From the NCBI GenBank assembly GCA_951406725.2, contig OX597823.1, positions 11,346,001-11,410,000 on the forward strand: a DNA stretch of 64,000 nt, written 5' to 3'. Shown piece after piece: positions 39,505-54,424 of this stretch. The DNA is from Octopus vulgaris (lineage: Eukaryota). The position numbers were made by a program, and so were the translations under genes. The notes below the pieces were generated by a model. It saw only the letters and a list, made by a program, of their open reading frames with translations, had not been told where the DNA came from and searched no databases. Numbering within the stretch: the first letter of the stretch is position 1; each line of letters begins with the position of its first letter.

Positions 39505-41877
39505 ATGTGCTTCTTGAGATAAAATTATCAATCTTAGAGAAATATTTTTAGCAGTCAGGAAACTCTTATCTTTTTTTCATAAATCTTTGGGGCTTTCTAC
39601 ACAAGTATCCATGTTCTTTTAATGGAATAAATTTCCATATTCATGATTCTTGCTTTCTAATGTCTGAAACAATGGAGGTAAAATAGAAAAAAAAAAATCT
39701 TAAATTTATTTTGTTTTATATTTCTGATTCCTTAGTAATGACAAGTTCAAGGAAATTGACATACCCAAACTCATCCTTTGATAGAGAGAAGAATATATAT
39801 ATCTATATTCAAGTTATATGCCTAGCTGAGTAGTTATCTATCTTCTGGTTAATCTTGATAGAGCAAACCAATGATGAAAGGCAGTCACAGCCACGACTAT
39901 CTAATCTTTTTTTTTTAGACAGTGTCTGTTCAGGATTATATGATTCAGTGTGTCCTTTTCCTTTTTTAAGTGATAATTTGAGGGTTATTTGACTGTAATC
40001 TCTAGCAGGTTAATTTGTGTTTTGTGTAGATATCATGTGAGCATAATCAATAGGGTGTAGATATCTACCAAGGGATCCCTATGGTCAGTGCAAAAATGAA
40101 ATAATAAATAAATTCAGTAATGTATCTGCTGAGCAAATAGTCACTAGTAGGACCCTACCAAAATATAATAATATCTGTAATACAGATATTATAATCAGGA
40201 TTAATGTGTGTACTTACTTGTGCCTTAAATGTAAAAAAAAGCCAGGATTTTATTTTGAGTTCTTATTCTAATATATTTCAATATTTTAGTATAATTTTTG
40301 TCTTTCATCTTTTGGTTAAAATATTCAGTTACTGACAATTTTTTAAATGAATAAAATAGACATAAAAAAATAGATATCTCCATATGTTTAATAACAGCCA
40401 TTTGAAATATACTTTCACTTTATTAGATATGTTTCTTTCACTCCTATGCTGATATTTCCAGATCAATAATATCTTCAATGCATGAATAAATTTCATTATG
40501 AAAATGCTTTAAAAACCAAAGCATTTTTTTTTGTTATTTTGTAACTTATTTTTTTATAAATGATGTTGTATGAATTTAAAATGTTCAGCTCAATATGTAC
40601 ACTTGTCAAAACATTTTTATTTTATTAAAATGAAAATATTATTAATATAGTTTTAGCTGGAGGTCAGACCTGATCAAGCAGACCTGTGATCAAAGGTTAT
40701 CCAGCCATGACCATCCAATACTATTATTATTTTTGCACACATCAAATGTGTCCATTCTAAAGAAGTCAAGACAGTGAGTTTCAAGAAAATGAGATAGCTG
40801 TTTCTTGCAAATTGAGTCTACTCCAGTTAATATTCTTTGGTATAGAGCAGTTGATAGAACTCCACGAAGCTTTTACAGGATCATTTAATGGTCTCTATAT
40901 AACAGCCAAATTTCCATCAAAACATCCACTATTCTTTAAAGCAGTGATGTAGTTCAAGATTAACTGTTTAAACAAGATAGTTGGTCATTTCCTACATGTT
41001 TATGAACATTAGTTTACCCAGTTAGGGTTGAACTAGAGTTTAACAAGAAAAAGAGCTGCAGGGGTCAAATTTTGAAATTCATGTAACACTTTAATTCATT
41101 GTAAATATTTGTAATTTGAATAGTTGTTTAGCCCTAAGTCAGCTCTGATTCCGAAAATCTAAAGCATTCCAACCTTTTATTTTTTTCAACTATTGGGCAC
41201 CATGGGTTACATTTTTCATTTTCGAAGACGGTAATGTGTAATTTGTAGGATAGTAGATGGAATGACAAACACAGCAGTACTTTCATCATCTTGAGAAAAG
41301 CTGAGAATTCCCAGTGCTGCCAGTAGTTTTGGTCATGAAAAGACATTAAAACCTCCCAATACTAATTGCAAATAAACAATTTTTAACATTGCCAAAAGTC
41401 ACTTTTCCTCTTTTGGAAGTGTTGGTGATGACTGATTTAGTTATACAGATTTCAGCAGGATTAGAACACTACTCCTGGACATAAACAGTTAAAAAATATC
41501 GTGATTTGTTAACTCAAATTTTCAAATCCAAAGCAAACTTATTTGTCTCAAATAACTATATTAATTTGTAAGACATTCTATCAATGCCACATGTTTTAAC
41601 CCTTATATTACCATAAGTTTCTGCTGAAATACACACTGCATTCAGTCCAATTAATCTGGTATAGATTCAGCAATTTAGCATCTTTTCATGTATTTTGGTT
41701 CTATGTCATTCTGTTCATGAGGTCCACCATACTAAATCTTATAATTATCCCCATCAGTAACTATTATAGAATGCATTCTTACATTCTAGCAATAAATACC
41801 AACTATATATGCTAGTTTATAAAATCATCCTCTAAGATCCTATTGTCTTATATAAAAAAAAGCTACATTGAACTATA

Positions 41878-42079
41878 TACTCTTTACTCTTTTACTTGTT
41901 TCAGTCATTTGACTGCGGCCATGCTGGAGCACCGCCTTTAGTTGAGCAAATCGACCCCAGGACTTATTCTTTGTAAGCCCAGTACTTATTCTATCGGTCT
42001 CTTTTGCCGAACCGCTAAGTAACGGGGACTTAAACACACCAGCATCGGTTGTCAAGCAATGCTAGGGGAAAAAACACAG

Positions 42080-42110
<31 letters not shown>

Positions 42111-42276
42111 CATATATACGACAGGCTTCTTTCAGTTTCCGTCTACCAAATCCACTCACAAGGCATTGGTTGGCCCGGGACTATAGCAGAAGACACTTGC
42201 CCAAGATGCCACGCAGTGGGACTGAACCCGGAACCATGTGGTTGGTTAGCAAGCTACTTACCACACAGCCACTCCT
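41878..42276 (-). mobile_element. SINE family A, near full length
   Basis: Family match. Confidence 0.92.
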
Positions 42277-42590
42277 AGTCATAGATAAACAAAAGGATAG
42301 AAAATCAAGGCTAGAATGCCTTTGATCAGGGAAGACATGGGGGTTATACAACAGCAGCAATTATTTGTATAACGTTTGAAACACTTAAGCAAATAGTTTC
42401 CATTTCAATAAAGTTCAAAATATTGACATCAACAGTGTTCCGTGTGGAGAAGAGTATGTTTTGGATGGAACCCTTCTGCAGAGAATAAATAGACTTTATT
42501 TGGATAGAATATGGTCTGTTAAATAGTTTAAAGACAATTATTTTCTTCTTGCATACTTTCAGTCTGAATCTTCAGCCACAATTTGTTTGG

Positions 42591-42764
42591 ATGCCGCTAC
42601 GTTCTGAGTTCAAATTCCGCCAAGGTCAACTTTGCCTTTCATCCTTTCAGGGTCGATAAATTAAGTACCAGTTACGCACTGGGGTCGATGTAACCGACTT
42701 AATCCCTTTGTCAGTCCTTGTTTGTCCCCTCTGTGTTTATCCCCTTGTGGGCAATAAAGAAATA
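42591..42764 (+). mobile_element. SINE family B, 5'-truncated
   Basis: Family match. Confidence 0.88.
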
Positions 42765-43516
42765 TATTGAGTTGAACCAATCGATAGACCAAACCTCCTT
42801 CCAATACTGAAAATTTCAAGTTAATGATTGCTACAAAACAGCAGCTCCCTTAAGTCATGCCATACTGTTTTGAATAAAAAAAAAAAAGGACATACTACAT
42901 ATTGTCTTTGATATACAGGGACTACTTTGATCCGAGGTTTATCAGCTGGATCAAGAGTGACCTGGGCCTAAACAACAACATACTGAAAATTTCATCTTGA
43001 ATAATTGAATTTCAAACATTTATTTGGAAATTATGGGCTGAAATTCTACCAAAGTACACATATCTTTTACTGTTAAAATAAGTACTTGATGCACTTTAGA
43101 GACAAGTACAGTGCTAGTTTGGCTAGCTTGCTGATAGTCCACAAGTGTTTTTTATTCTAATGCATTTTATATAAGTTTACTTGAACAACACATAATCTAC
43201 CATACTAATGGGAAAACTAAACTAATTTACAATAAGAACTGATTAGCTCATCAAACTAATTATCCCCTGTTATGATAATCACTAGTTATTTATTCATTTA
43301 TGCAAAAGCAAGAGTTAAGACAACTACAAAATTTACAAGAATTTTCAAGAACTTGGTTAAGGTCAGAAATAAGTGTACAAAGTCACTGCAGGATTTAGAC
43401 ACATTTGTAGACATCGTTATTGTTGTAGCCTTTGTTTGCTGAGTGAAAAATATCCTTTGGGAGAGTACACTATATCTAGCTATTTACATGTGTATGTGTG
43501 TGAATATTTATGAATA

Positions 43517-43745
43517 TCATCATCATTCATCATCATCGTTTAACTTCCGTTTTCCATGCTAGCATGGGGTCTGGGGAGCCAGAAGGCTGCGCCAGGCCCA
43601 GTCTTATCTGGCAGTGTTTCTACGGCTGGATGCCCTTCCTAACGCCAACCACTCCGTGAGTGTAGTGGGTGCTTTTTACGTGCCACCTGCACAGGTGCCA
43701 TATGAGGCTGGCAAACGGCCTCGATCGGATGGTGCTTTTTACATG
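43517..43745 (-). mobile_element. SINE family C
   Basis: Family match; a further internal piece lies at 44053-44173. Confidence 0.85.
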
Positions 43746-44761
43746 CAGTGAATGTATATATATATACACACTGTAAAGTTGTTGGTAGTAGAAAGGGCAT
43801 CCAACCATAGGAACCAGGCCATGAATGAAATGTGATCTTCCAACCCTTCTGAGCAATATTCCCTGAACATATGCTAACTCTGACTGTGGCTACCTATCTA
43901 AACCATGCCAGCATAGAAAACAGGTGTGAAACGATGATGATATGTATGGTGTGGATCTTCATTGACAATGAGGATTCAGTTGTTCAATTAAATGAATTTC
44001 CTAAACCACAGGCATAAGTACCATTAACAAAATTCCCAAGTAGAATCAGCACGACCCAGTCTGATCTGGCAGTGTTCCTACAGCTGGATGCCCTTCCTAA
44101 CGCCAACCACTCCGTGAGTGTAGTGGGTGCTTTTTACGTGCCACCCGCACAGGTGCCAGATGAGGCTGGCAAACTGAATGTGACGAGGTACATTTTGACT
44201 GACATGTACAGTTCACTCACTTGAGCTGCGATACGGTTTCTGTCTGCTCAGATTCACTAGCACAGTTTGGGTCAACTTGAGCAAATCGAAAAAGACTTTG
44301 CCAAAGATGACATGCAATGGGATCATGTCCAGAACTTTATGATTGTGAAACAAACTTCACCATTTAGTTATATTGCTCTTTTACTGTAATATGCATACCG
44401 TCCAAGTGCAGTGAGTGCAGAGGGGGGGGGGAAGAGAGTGGTTTGTTAACTTTTACAATTGCTTTTCTTGGTTCGCACAAACATTTGTCGCTGTTTAGCC
44501 CTAGGTCAGAAGCAATCCAACTGAGACCACTTTTTTTTTTTCCCCGATATCTAATGCTGGACATTTTATGATCCAGTTTTCTTACATTTTAAAGACGAGA
44601 TGCTATTTGATGGCAGTTTAGCTGTTATTTCTAGCAGGTCAAACAACTCTTGTGTAGAAGCATCCAAACAGTTGAGCTTGGTGCTGCATGCTCATGAAAT
44701 ACTCATCAATTTAGAGTGCTGCCACTGTTAGCAGCAGCAAGTTGCATCTGCACTGCAGTAC

Positions 44762-44905
44762 CTTGTCACGGCTATATAGTCTGGAACCATTTGACAGTTT
44801 GGTGTACTGGTTACAGACACAATAAGCAATGCCATTAATAGGATGCCAACTGTTGGCCTCTTCCCTTTGTTGATTTTCTTATCCAGTGTGTGTCTATGAA
44901 TGATG
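44762..44905 (-). CDS. Candidate 144-nt coding exon of an unknown minus-strand gene
   Basis: Acceptor tttactttgtatatttcAG, donor AAG/GTACTG, length 3n, only one open frame: IIHRHTLDKKINKGKRPTVGILLMALLIVSVTSTPNCQMVPDYIAVT. Confidence 0.3.
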
Positions 44906-45139
44906 CTGAAATATACAAAGTAAAACAGTTGATATATCATCTATAAAGACTCTATATGTATATATTTAAAAATTTTTTTTTTATTGGCAGAAAGTTACAA
45001 AAGTGACTCAGAAATCTTGAGTGATTTTGTAACTTTCTACCAATAAAAAAATAATTTGTTTATACTTATGTGTGTGTGTGTATATATATAATATTATACA
45101 CACACACACACAAATATATACATCTGAATACACGCATGC

Positions 45140-45200
45140 ATATATATATATATCTATATATATATATCTGAATATATATATATATATATGAATACATGCA

Positions 45201-45234
<34 letters not shown>

Positions 45235-45460
45235 TACATGCATGCATATATATATATATATATGAATACATGCATATATATATATATATATATGAATACA
45301 TGCATGCATATATATATATATATATATGAATACATGCATATATATATATATATATATATATGAATACATGCATATATATATATATGAATACATGCATATA
45401 TATATATATATGAATACATGTATATATATATATATCTGAATACATGCATGCATATATATG
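45140..45460. repeat. Minisatellite of tgaatacatgca(tgca)-(ta)n units
   Basis: About 9 recurrences. Confidence 0.9.
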
Positions 45461-45654
45461 TATGTCCAACCCATGCTAGCATGGAAAACGGACGTTAAAC
45501 GATGATGATGATATATGTGTGTGTGTGTGCGTTTGAATTTGAATGCACAGAGATGTGTGTATATGCAAATTAGACTTCATCATCATCATCACTTAACGTC
45601 TGCCTACCATGCTGGCATGGGTGCGAGTATATGTATATACATATATATATATAT

Positions 45655-45755
<101 letters not shown>

Positions 45756-45851
45756 TCTAAAATTTAGAAATATATATTTTAGAAATTTTTTTACACACAT
45801 ACATATATCATCATCATCATTTAACGTCCGTTTTCCATGCTAGCATGGGTT

Positions 45852-45888
<37 letters not shown>

Positions 45889-46568
45889 TGCATGTATACA
45901 GACGTATATATTTATATATGTGTGTGTTATTCATCATTTTCCGTGCGCATTTCCGTGTTGGCATGTGTTGGACAGGTTTCCCGAAGCAGTATGTGACAGG
46001 ATGACGTCCTTGTCCTATGTTGGCATTCTTTCGGTTAAAGTCGCATAAATGTCAAAATCAACAACAGCTGATTGTTCGGCAATTTCAGAAAAAAGAATTT
46101 TTACTTCTTTACTGTTTATTTTTTCATGTCCGTTGTGGAGCCGACATTTGCCTTGCAAGTCCGTGAGGGAGCTGAAAAGGGAAACACACGCTCGTACACA
46201 CCCATTAAGTTCCGTGTCCCTGAGTTGAATAGTGGACCGTCCGCACGCGCACACGTATTTTACATACATAAATCTGATCACTTGCATGTACACCCGTTAT
46301 CGTTCCTATACACGTACATAGATAATAAATATATATACATTTTGAGTGTGTGCATGTATACAGATTTGCGTGTGTATAGAGTTGTGTGCTCGCAGTCACG
46401 TACATACCTCGATGTGTTAATCGACACAGTAAAAAATTGTTCTTAGGTCCTACCTGACATGATAACATTTGATTAGATAAATACACCTACCCTCATCACA
46501 CACACACTATATATATATATATATAGTGTGTGATGAGGGTGGGTGTGTGATTATATATATATATATAA

Positions 46569-46871
46569 GTGGAGGCGCAATGGCCTAGTGGTTAGGGCAG
46601 CGGACTCGCGGTCGTAGGATCGCGGTTTCGATTCCCAGACCGGGCGTTGTGAGTGTTTATTGAGCGAAAGCACCTAAAGCTCCACGAGGCTCCGGCAGGG
46701 GGTGGTGGCGATCCCTGCTGTACTCTTTCGCCACAACTTTCTCTCACTCTTTCTTCTGTTGGCCTGTTCGCTTAGCCAGCGGGGTGGCGTCATTTGAAGG
46801 CTAAAACAATGCGAAGCGCATTGTGACCAGCGATGTGTAACAACATCTGATGGCCTGGTCGGTCACGGTGA
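46569..46871 (+). mobile_element. SINE family D (tRNA-derived, CpG-intact, probably young), inserted in (TA)n
   Basis: A-box tggcctagtggttagg, B-box ggtttcgattccc; second copy at 34476-34770. Confidence 0.9.
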
Positions 46872-47819
46872 TATATATATATATGTGTGTGTGTGAGTGT
46901 GTATGATTTCATTAAAAAAATAGGTGGGATATTAAAAATACGAAACAAAAACAAATTTTGAAAAATATAAATCGATAAAATATATTAGGTTCTGAAAGTT
47001 TTGCTGCAACTACAAAAGCAATTCTCCCATGTACCCCGAATATATCTCATACAGTAACGCCTTTTAAACTTCCACCTGTTCATATGCAATCAAATTGTAA
47101 AACACGTTTATACAAAAAAAAGTCAACAAAGGCAGATATGAAAAGTATTTTCTAGTTTTTTAATGAAAATACAGAAATATATTTAATAAACAAGTAAATA
47201 AAAATACAAAGAAAAAACTTCGATAATAAATTATTGTATTAAATATAAACTATTTGCTACTAATGTTGCTTGCTATCGCGAATATATACACATATAGGCG
47301 GTTTTCTTTTAGTGTGTTTTTTTCCTAATTATTTATATATCCATGTGTAACAATTTATTTGTTATCTTGTACAATGAACCCAGAAAATATTGCTTTACTT
47401 TGTCTTTCTGTTTATAAATATATAAGTTTGTTGTCGTCAAATATTCAGATATTATATATATAAGACAGACATTTAGAAATCTTTATGATAATTTTTTTTT
47501 TTTCTTTTTGCTTTAAAATATAATGTATATATAATCGTTTCATTTTCACTTTTTTCCAAAGAAAATGAGGATATAAGAAAACATTGTTTTTTTTTTTAAA
47601 AAGAATATTGAAATATAATCTTGTTTCGTGGGGCTCTTTTTCAAGCACTGTGCATTAACGCTCTGAAGTAAAAACAATTATCTAAGACTCTAACACACAG
47701 AAAAAAAAAAGTCAACAGCTCCTACCTGTAAAATGCAACGATCCTCAAAAATTAGTGACCTAACACCTAACTAAACAACCAAAGTGACTGCCAACCCTCG
47801 TTACAAAGATACATTTTTA

Positions 47820-48470
47820 GTTTCTCACCATCTCTTTCTCTTTATACCTACTATGTCCTTTTCTTCCTATTTTCTATTATCTCTTTTTTTTTTCTCCCGC
47901 TTTTCCACTCCTTCCTCTCTATTTCCTCTCCTTCTATCCCCACTCTCTCTCCCTCTTACGTAGTTAAAACAGATTTGCCTAGTGTTTCAACTGTAGCTTG
48001 TCTCAGACAATGCCTCGTCGATAGCAACCGATTGCCAGTAGTCGGTAGAAACACAATCTTTGATTGGATGACTGTGAGACTCTAATCACAATTAGTCAGT
48101 CACATGGGATTCATCTATAATGAACTAGTGAGAGAGAGAGAGCATGACATTTACTATATGTAGCGTAAAGAAATGGAGGAGCTGAATATCTGAAGCTTTC
48201 GATCAACTAAAACCGTTCCCTTGCTCTCTTATTTAATGAGATTTCCAGTTTAGCAATTGATCCAACCGTCGGGGGGATTAATTTACCATTTTTGAGAAGA
48301 TCAGGTGGATGATGCACAGTGTGGAGTACCTACGATACCCGTTCATCTTTCCGGGTGAAAACAAACTAGCCACTTCGAATTGATCGCCTGGTGCCCTGTG
48401 GTAAACCATATCCTTTTATATTTCATGTTTTTATTATAGGTAAGGTGTCCAGGTCACTGATGTTGTAGTT
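47820..48470 (+). promoter_or_regulatory. Probable promoter/5' UTR region
   Basis: No recognisable TE, CT-rich tract at 47820-47957, raised CpG, directly upstream of the signal-peptide exon. Confidence 0.4.
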
Positions 48471-48534
48471 ATGAGGCTGCCTTGGCGATTTTTCATTATT
48501 TTGGCGGTTCTGGTTTCTCCGACATGGGCTGAAG
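48471..48534 (+). CDS. Probable first coding exon encoding a signal peptide (secreted or membrane protein)
   Basis: ATG..MRLPWRFFIILAVLVSPTWA/E(G) has n/h/c regions with a T-W-A cleavage motif, followed by a consensus donor AAG/GTAAGT (phase 1). Confidence 0.7.
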
Positions 48535-49476
48535 GTAAGTTATTCCATTCAATTATTATCATTATTATTATTGATATCGATTGTGAACAGAACAGGCTAT
48601 ACCCACCTACCTCGATCTCTACTCCCCTCCAAACCCCCCGTGCACACTCTCAAAATATACATAGAGCCCCTCTTGATAAGGATTCTTATATCATCTATAG
48701 TTCTGCTGCAACCCCCTATATTTACTTATGTAAATTACAATTTCAATAATTGATTTATAGTAATAATAATAAATTAACAGTGAAGATGAGTTGGCAGAGT
48801 TTATTAACTGTGTATTGAAAGTAATAAAGTAAGTTATTTTTTAAAATACAGATTAAGAGAGAGACGATCTCTGGTTTAGAAGACTATCAACGTCTCTATG
48901 TTAATTTTTTTCCCCACCTGTACAAGGATTTCTATTTGTCACATATCCACTACAAGACTGTTACAATATGGCCTTTCTCTAACAGGTGACCACTGATATT
49001 CCTGCTTGAGTCTCCTGTGAATACTAATATTTCTCTACCGTGTGTGTTGCATGTGTACTACATAATAAATACACAGTACTTAGCAATCAACAAATTAATC
49101 AAATAATAGCTGGGTTTTTTTTTTTTCTCAAATAAAAAAAAAAGACAGAAAAAGTGAAACAATTCATTTGAATAATGATATTACAGTAATTGACAGTTAT
49201 TCTCCAAAACGGCAATTGTTGATTACTATATTCAAAATTATTTGTATTTCATATTAGTTTTCTTGAAATAATTTGTTTATTTAATATAGAGATGTTTTTT
49301 TTTTTGCTTTTGTTATTATCTGCAGTAATTAAGATAATTGTATTCTATTTTTTATCAACTTGTAGTTTTTAAGATACATACCTGTGCGTGCTTATGTATG
49401 TATATATATATGTATGTGTGAATATATATATATATGTATATATATATATATGTCTATATATATATGTATATATGTC

Positions 49477-49521
<45 letters not shown>

Positions 49522-50789
49522 GTCTATATATATATGTCTATATATATATGTATATATATATATGTATATATATGTATGTATTTCTATATATGCACACACA
49601 CGTATGTATAGTTTATGTTGGTATGTAGCCTTTGTCAACCTTGATTGACCAGATTTGTAAATTATCTAGCAGTTTAGGGTTCAGCTTGAATTTTCTTAGG
49701 TTTTGTTCCTTTTTCTTCTTAAACTCTCTATTAAATTTTGTTTCAGAGATTAAAAGAAAAAAGAAGTTTTTTTTAGATTTTAATTTAAAGCCTTTATTAT
49801 TATTATTATTAATTCGTGAATACATCTTTTTCCAATCGGTTCCGCCCACATAATTACGTTTTAACTAGCTTTTTAGCTTTTACTTTTTAAATTTAAAGCT
49901 CTGTTGGTATTGTTGGAAAGACGAAGTTGTCAATAAGAATCAATCGAAAAGTCCGTTTATTTAGTGAAATTAGGTAAATAAATAAAGAAATGGGTGATTT
50001 CAGGGTGAGCTCAAGTAAAATTATTACCTCCTATGCCACTGCCACCTCGCTTAGTAATCTATCTAGTCTTTCCGAATAGGCTTGTTTCCTATGAAACAAG
50101 CATATATAATGAGAAGTTGTGCTAATTTAAGCGATCACACTAAAATATTCATCGAAAATATTTTTATTTTTAGTTTTCTCATATTTTGTAAAAATTTCTT
50201 AGGAAATATCTTTGTAATGTTATCAAACCTTCTAACCCAACAGAAATTGTCCAAAAGTATCTTTCATCCACATCTCCATTATATATATAGATTAATATAT
50301 GTGATATTGTTGTCCAAGCCCCCATATTCAGTGATGATGATGATGATGATGATGATAATAATAATAATAATTTCTAATAATAATAGATACCAATACAGAG
50401 ACTTAGTCAAGGTGTATATAGCCTGTTCACCTATTTATTATAATGTGTAAGTTGAATGAAAGGATTCACTTTCTGCTATGAAAGACGAGGGGATCGAACG
50501 GAAAAAAAATCCTTTATATATTCCTCACACATTTTTCCATTTTCCTTACTTCCTTTTACTGTTTATTTGCTCAGTGGTATGAAAACCCCAGCTTCCTCAA
50601 TCACATTTTGAATACATTATCTCTATATGCACGTAGATAAAATACTTCCTTATCGAAATCTTCATTTATATAGCATAACTGCTGCTTTCCTGAGATTGTG
50701 TATGTATACATACGTGTGTACACACACACCAATGTGTATGAGTGTACGCATACATACATGTGAGTGTGTCTGTATGTATATAAACGAAC

Positions 50790-50861
<72 letters not shown>

Positions 50862-51121
50862 ATACACAAGCATTCTAACACAGGCTGTAACACATACATG
50901 TATATATAATGACATGTACATATATAATTATATACGATAATACATTAGTACAAATACTATTATGCATACATATATAATTATATGAGGATATTTTCATCTA
51001 TATCTCTCTATATATGCATATATATATATATATTAATGTGTGTATAATCGTATATGTATGCATAATTGTAATTATATATACTTACATATATAACATTACA
51101 GAAAGCTGTATGTGTTAGTAA

Positions 51122-51159
<38 letters not shown>

Positions 51160-51344
51160 TCATATCTATATCTATCTGTCTGTCTGTCTATCTATCTATC
51201 TGCCTATCTATCTATCTATATATCTATATCTATATATCTATCTATATCTATCTATCTATCTTCATATATGTAAATATATCTGTCTATACATATGTAAGAA
51301 TTTTTATACAGAGAAAAATATATATTTATATGTGTTTTAGTGTA

Positions 51345-51513
<169 letters not shown>

Positions 51514-51876
51514 GAATACACATATAAATATATCTTTTTCTCTGTAAAAAAATTCTTACATATGTATAGACAGATATATTTACATATATGAAGATATATA
51601 TATATATATATATGCATGTATGTATGTATGTGTGTTTATATATTCATAGTGAAAATAGATGTAAGTATAGTCATATATGATGTATACGTATATATATATA
51701 TATATGTGTGTGTATACATATATGTATATATGTATACGTATATATATATATATATGTGTGTGTATACATATATGTATATATATATACATGTATATATATA
51801 TACATGTATGTATGTGTGTGTGTTTATATATACATAGTGAAAATAGATGTAAGTATAGCCATATATGATGTATACG

Positions 51877-51927
<51 letters not shown>

Positions 51928-52069
51928 GATATATGGATATGTTTATATATATACATTTTTGGAAATATAAATTTATATATATATAATACAGCATATAATA
52001 TAAATATATATAATATATACAGAATGTGAATAAAATATATGTATATACTATATATTAAAAAAAAAAAAA

Positions 52070-52103
<34 letters not shown>

Positions 52104-52550
52104 ATATATGAATATTTCTGTTTATATGGATATATGTTTATGAAAATTTGTGTGTGTATGTGTGTGTGTGTGTGTAACTAGGTATAAATATATGAATAGA
52201 TGCAACATAAACGTAACAATATACAGTGTGTGAATACCTACATATGATTTTATAATCATATGTGTACCAATGTAAAATTTTATTGACAGTTATATACATG
52301 AGCTTATAAATAATTATATTTGTAAAACTATATATGATTATATTGATGTATGAAAATTTATGAATATGTATGTCATATAAATATATTGCTATACAATATT
52401 ACACATGTCTGCCTATACATCTGTAATCATCTTGCCATCTACTTATGGATATGTGTTTTATTTAATATATGGATATAGATATGCTTTTTTCACGCTGATA
52501 CGAAAAGAAATATCTATACTTATCCACGTAATTATGTGTGTGTGTATATG

Positions 52551-52606
<56 letters not shown>

Positions 52607-52663
52607 TTGAATATGTGTAGGCATTATATCTATCAATATTTAAATAAAATAAAAGGTGTGTGT

Positions 52664-52728
<65 letters not shown>

Positions 52729-52962
52729 TGTATAGGTATATATATATGTATGCATATATGTGTGTGTATCTATATATATATATATATATGCATATATACA
52801 TATATATATATATGCATATATACATATATACATATATATGCATATATACATATATATATATGCATATATACATATATATATATATGCATATATACATATA
52901 TATATATATATGCATATATACATATATATATATATATATGCATATATACATATATATATATA

Positions 52963-53013
<51 letters not shown>

Positions 53014-53285
53014 GATATATACATATATATATATATTGCATATATATATATATATATATATGCATATATACATATATATATGCATATATACATATATATA
53101 TATGCATATATACATATATATATATATATGCATATATACATATATATATATATATTGCATATATACATATATATATATATAGCATATATACATATATATA
53201 TATATATATGATACTATACTATATATATATAAGTATATATATATATGCATATATACATATATATATATATATGCATATATACATA

Positions 53286-53357
<72 letters not shown>

Positions 53358-53706
53358 TATATACATATATATATATATGCATATATACATATGTATATAT
53401 GCATATGTACATATATATATATGCATATGTACATATATATATATACATATGTACATATATGTATATGTAGGTACATATACACACACATTTATATAGGTAC
53501 ACGTATATATATGTGTATCTATATAAATGTGTGTGTGTATATGTACCTACATATACATATATGTACATATGCATATATATATATGTGTGTGTGTGTGTGT
53601 CTGTGTATATATGTGTATATATATAGATATATACATGCACATATGCATGCATATATAATATACACATATGTATGTATATGTGCATATGTAGATACAAATC
53701 TTTGTG

Positions 53707-53744
<38 letters not shown>

Positions 53745-54350
53745 TGTATATAGATATGTATGAATATATACATGTATATATGTATGTAAATGTAGATATT
53801 TATATGGAGACATATATATGTATATGTAAATATATATATGTAGTTATGTATATGGATATATGAAAATAAATATATATATGTATGTATATGGATGCATAAA
53901 TATATATGTATATATATCTGTATGTATGCATATAAATATATATATATGTATATCTACCTGTATATATATGAATATATTTGTATATGTATATGCATTTATA
54001 AGTATATATATGATTATAGAAGTGATTAAGATTCATTTGAATTAGGTGCTTAAGTTAAAGCACCAACTCAGTTTGGTATTATCTGCACACATCGAAGTAA
54101 AGGGAATAAAAATCATGGAAGTAAAAAGATGTCAAGTATTAATGCAATACAACCATTTTGGATGGCTCCATTTAATCGAACTATGCATTGATTGCATCAA
54201 TTTAAATAGTGTCACGTATATATGTGTGTGTGTGTGTGTATATATATACACACACACACACATTATATATATATATATATATACATGCATGTATGTATGT
54301 ATACATATACATGCATGTATGTATGTATGTATATATATATGTAATGTGTG

Positions 54351-54385
<35 letters not shown>

Positions 54386-54424
54386 ATATATATATATAAT
54401 GTGTGTATATATATATATATATAT

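Noticed and set aside
41134-42570. Possible minus-strand exons near 41.2-41.5 kb and 42.3-42.5 kb
   Set aside because: Acceptor-like sites exist, but there are no compatible donors or recognisable peptides.
46569-46645. tRNA-like sequence
   Set aside because: Continues into a ~300-bp body shared with 34476-34770, so it is a SINE head rather than a tRNA gene.
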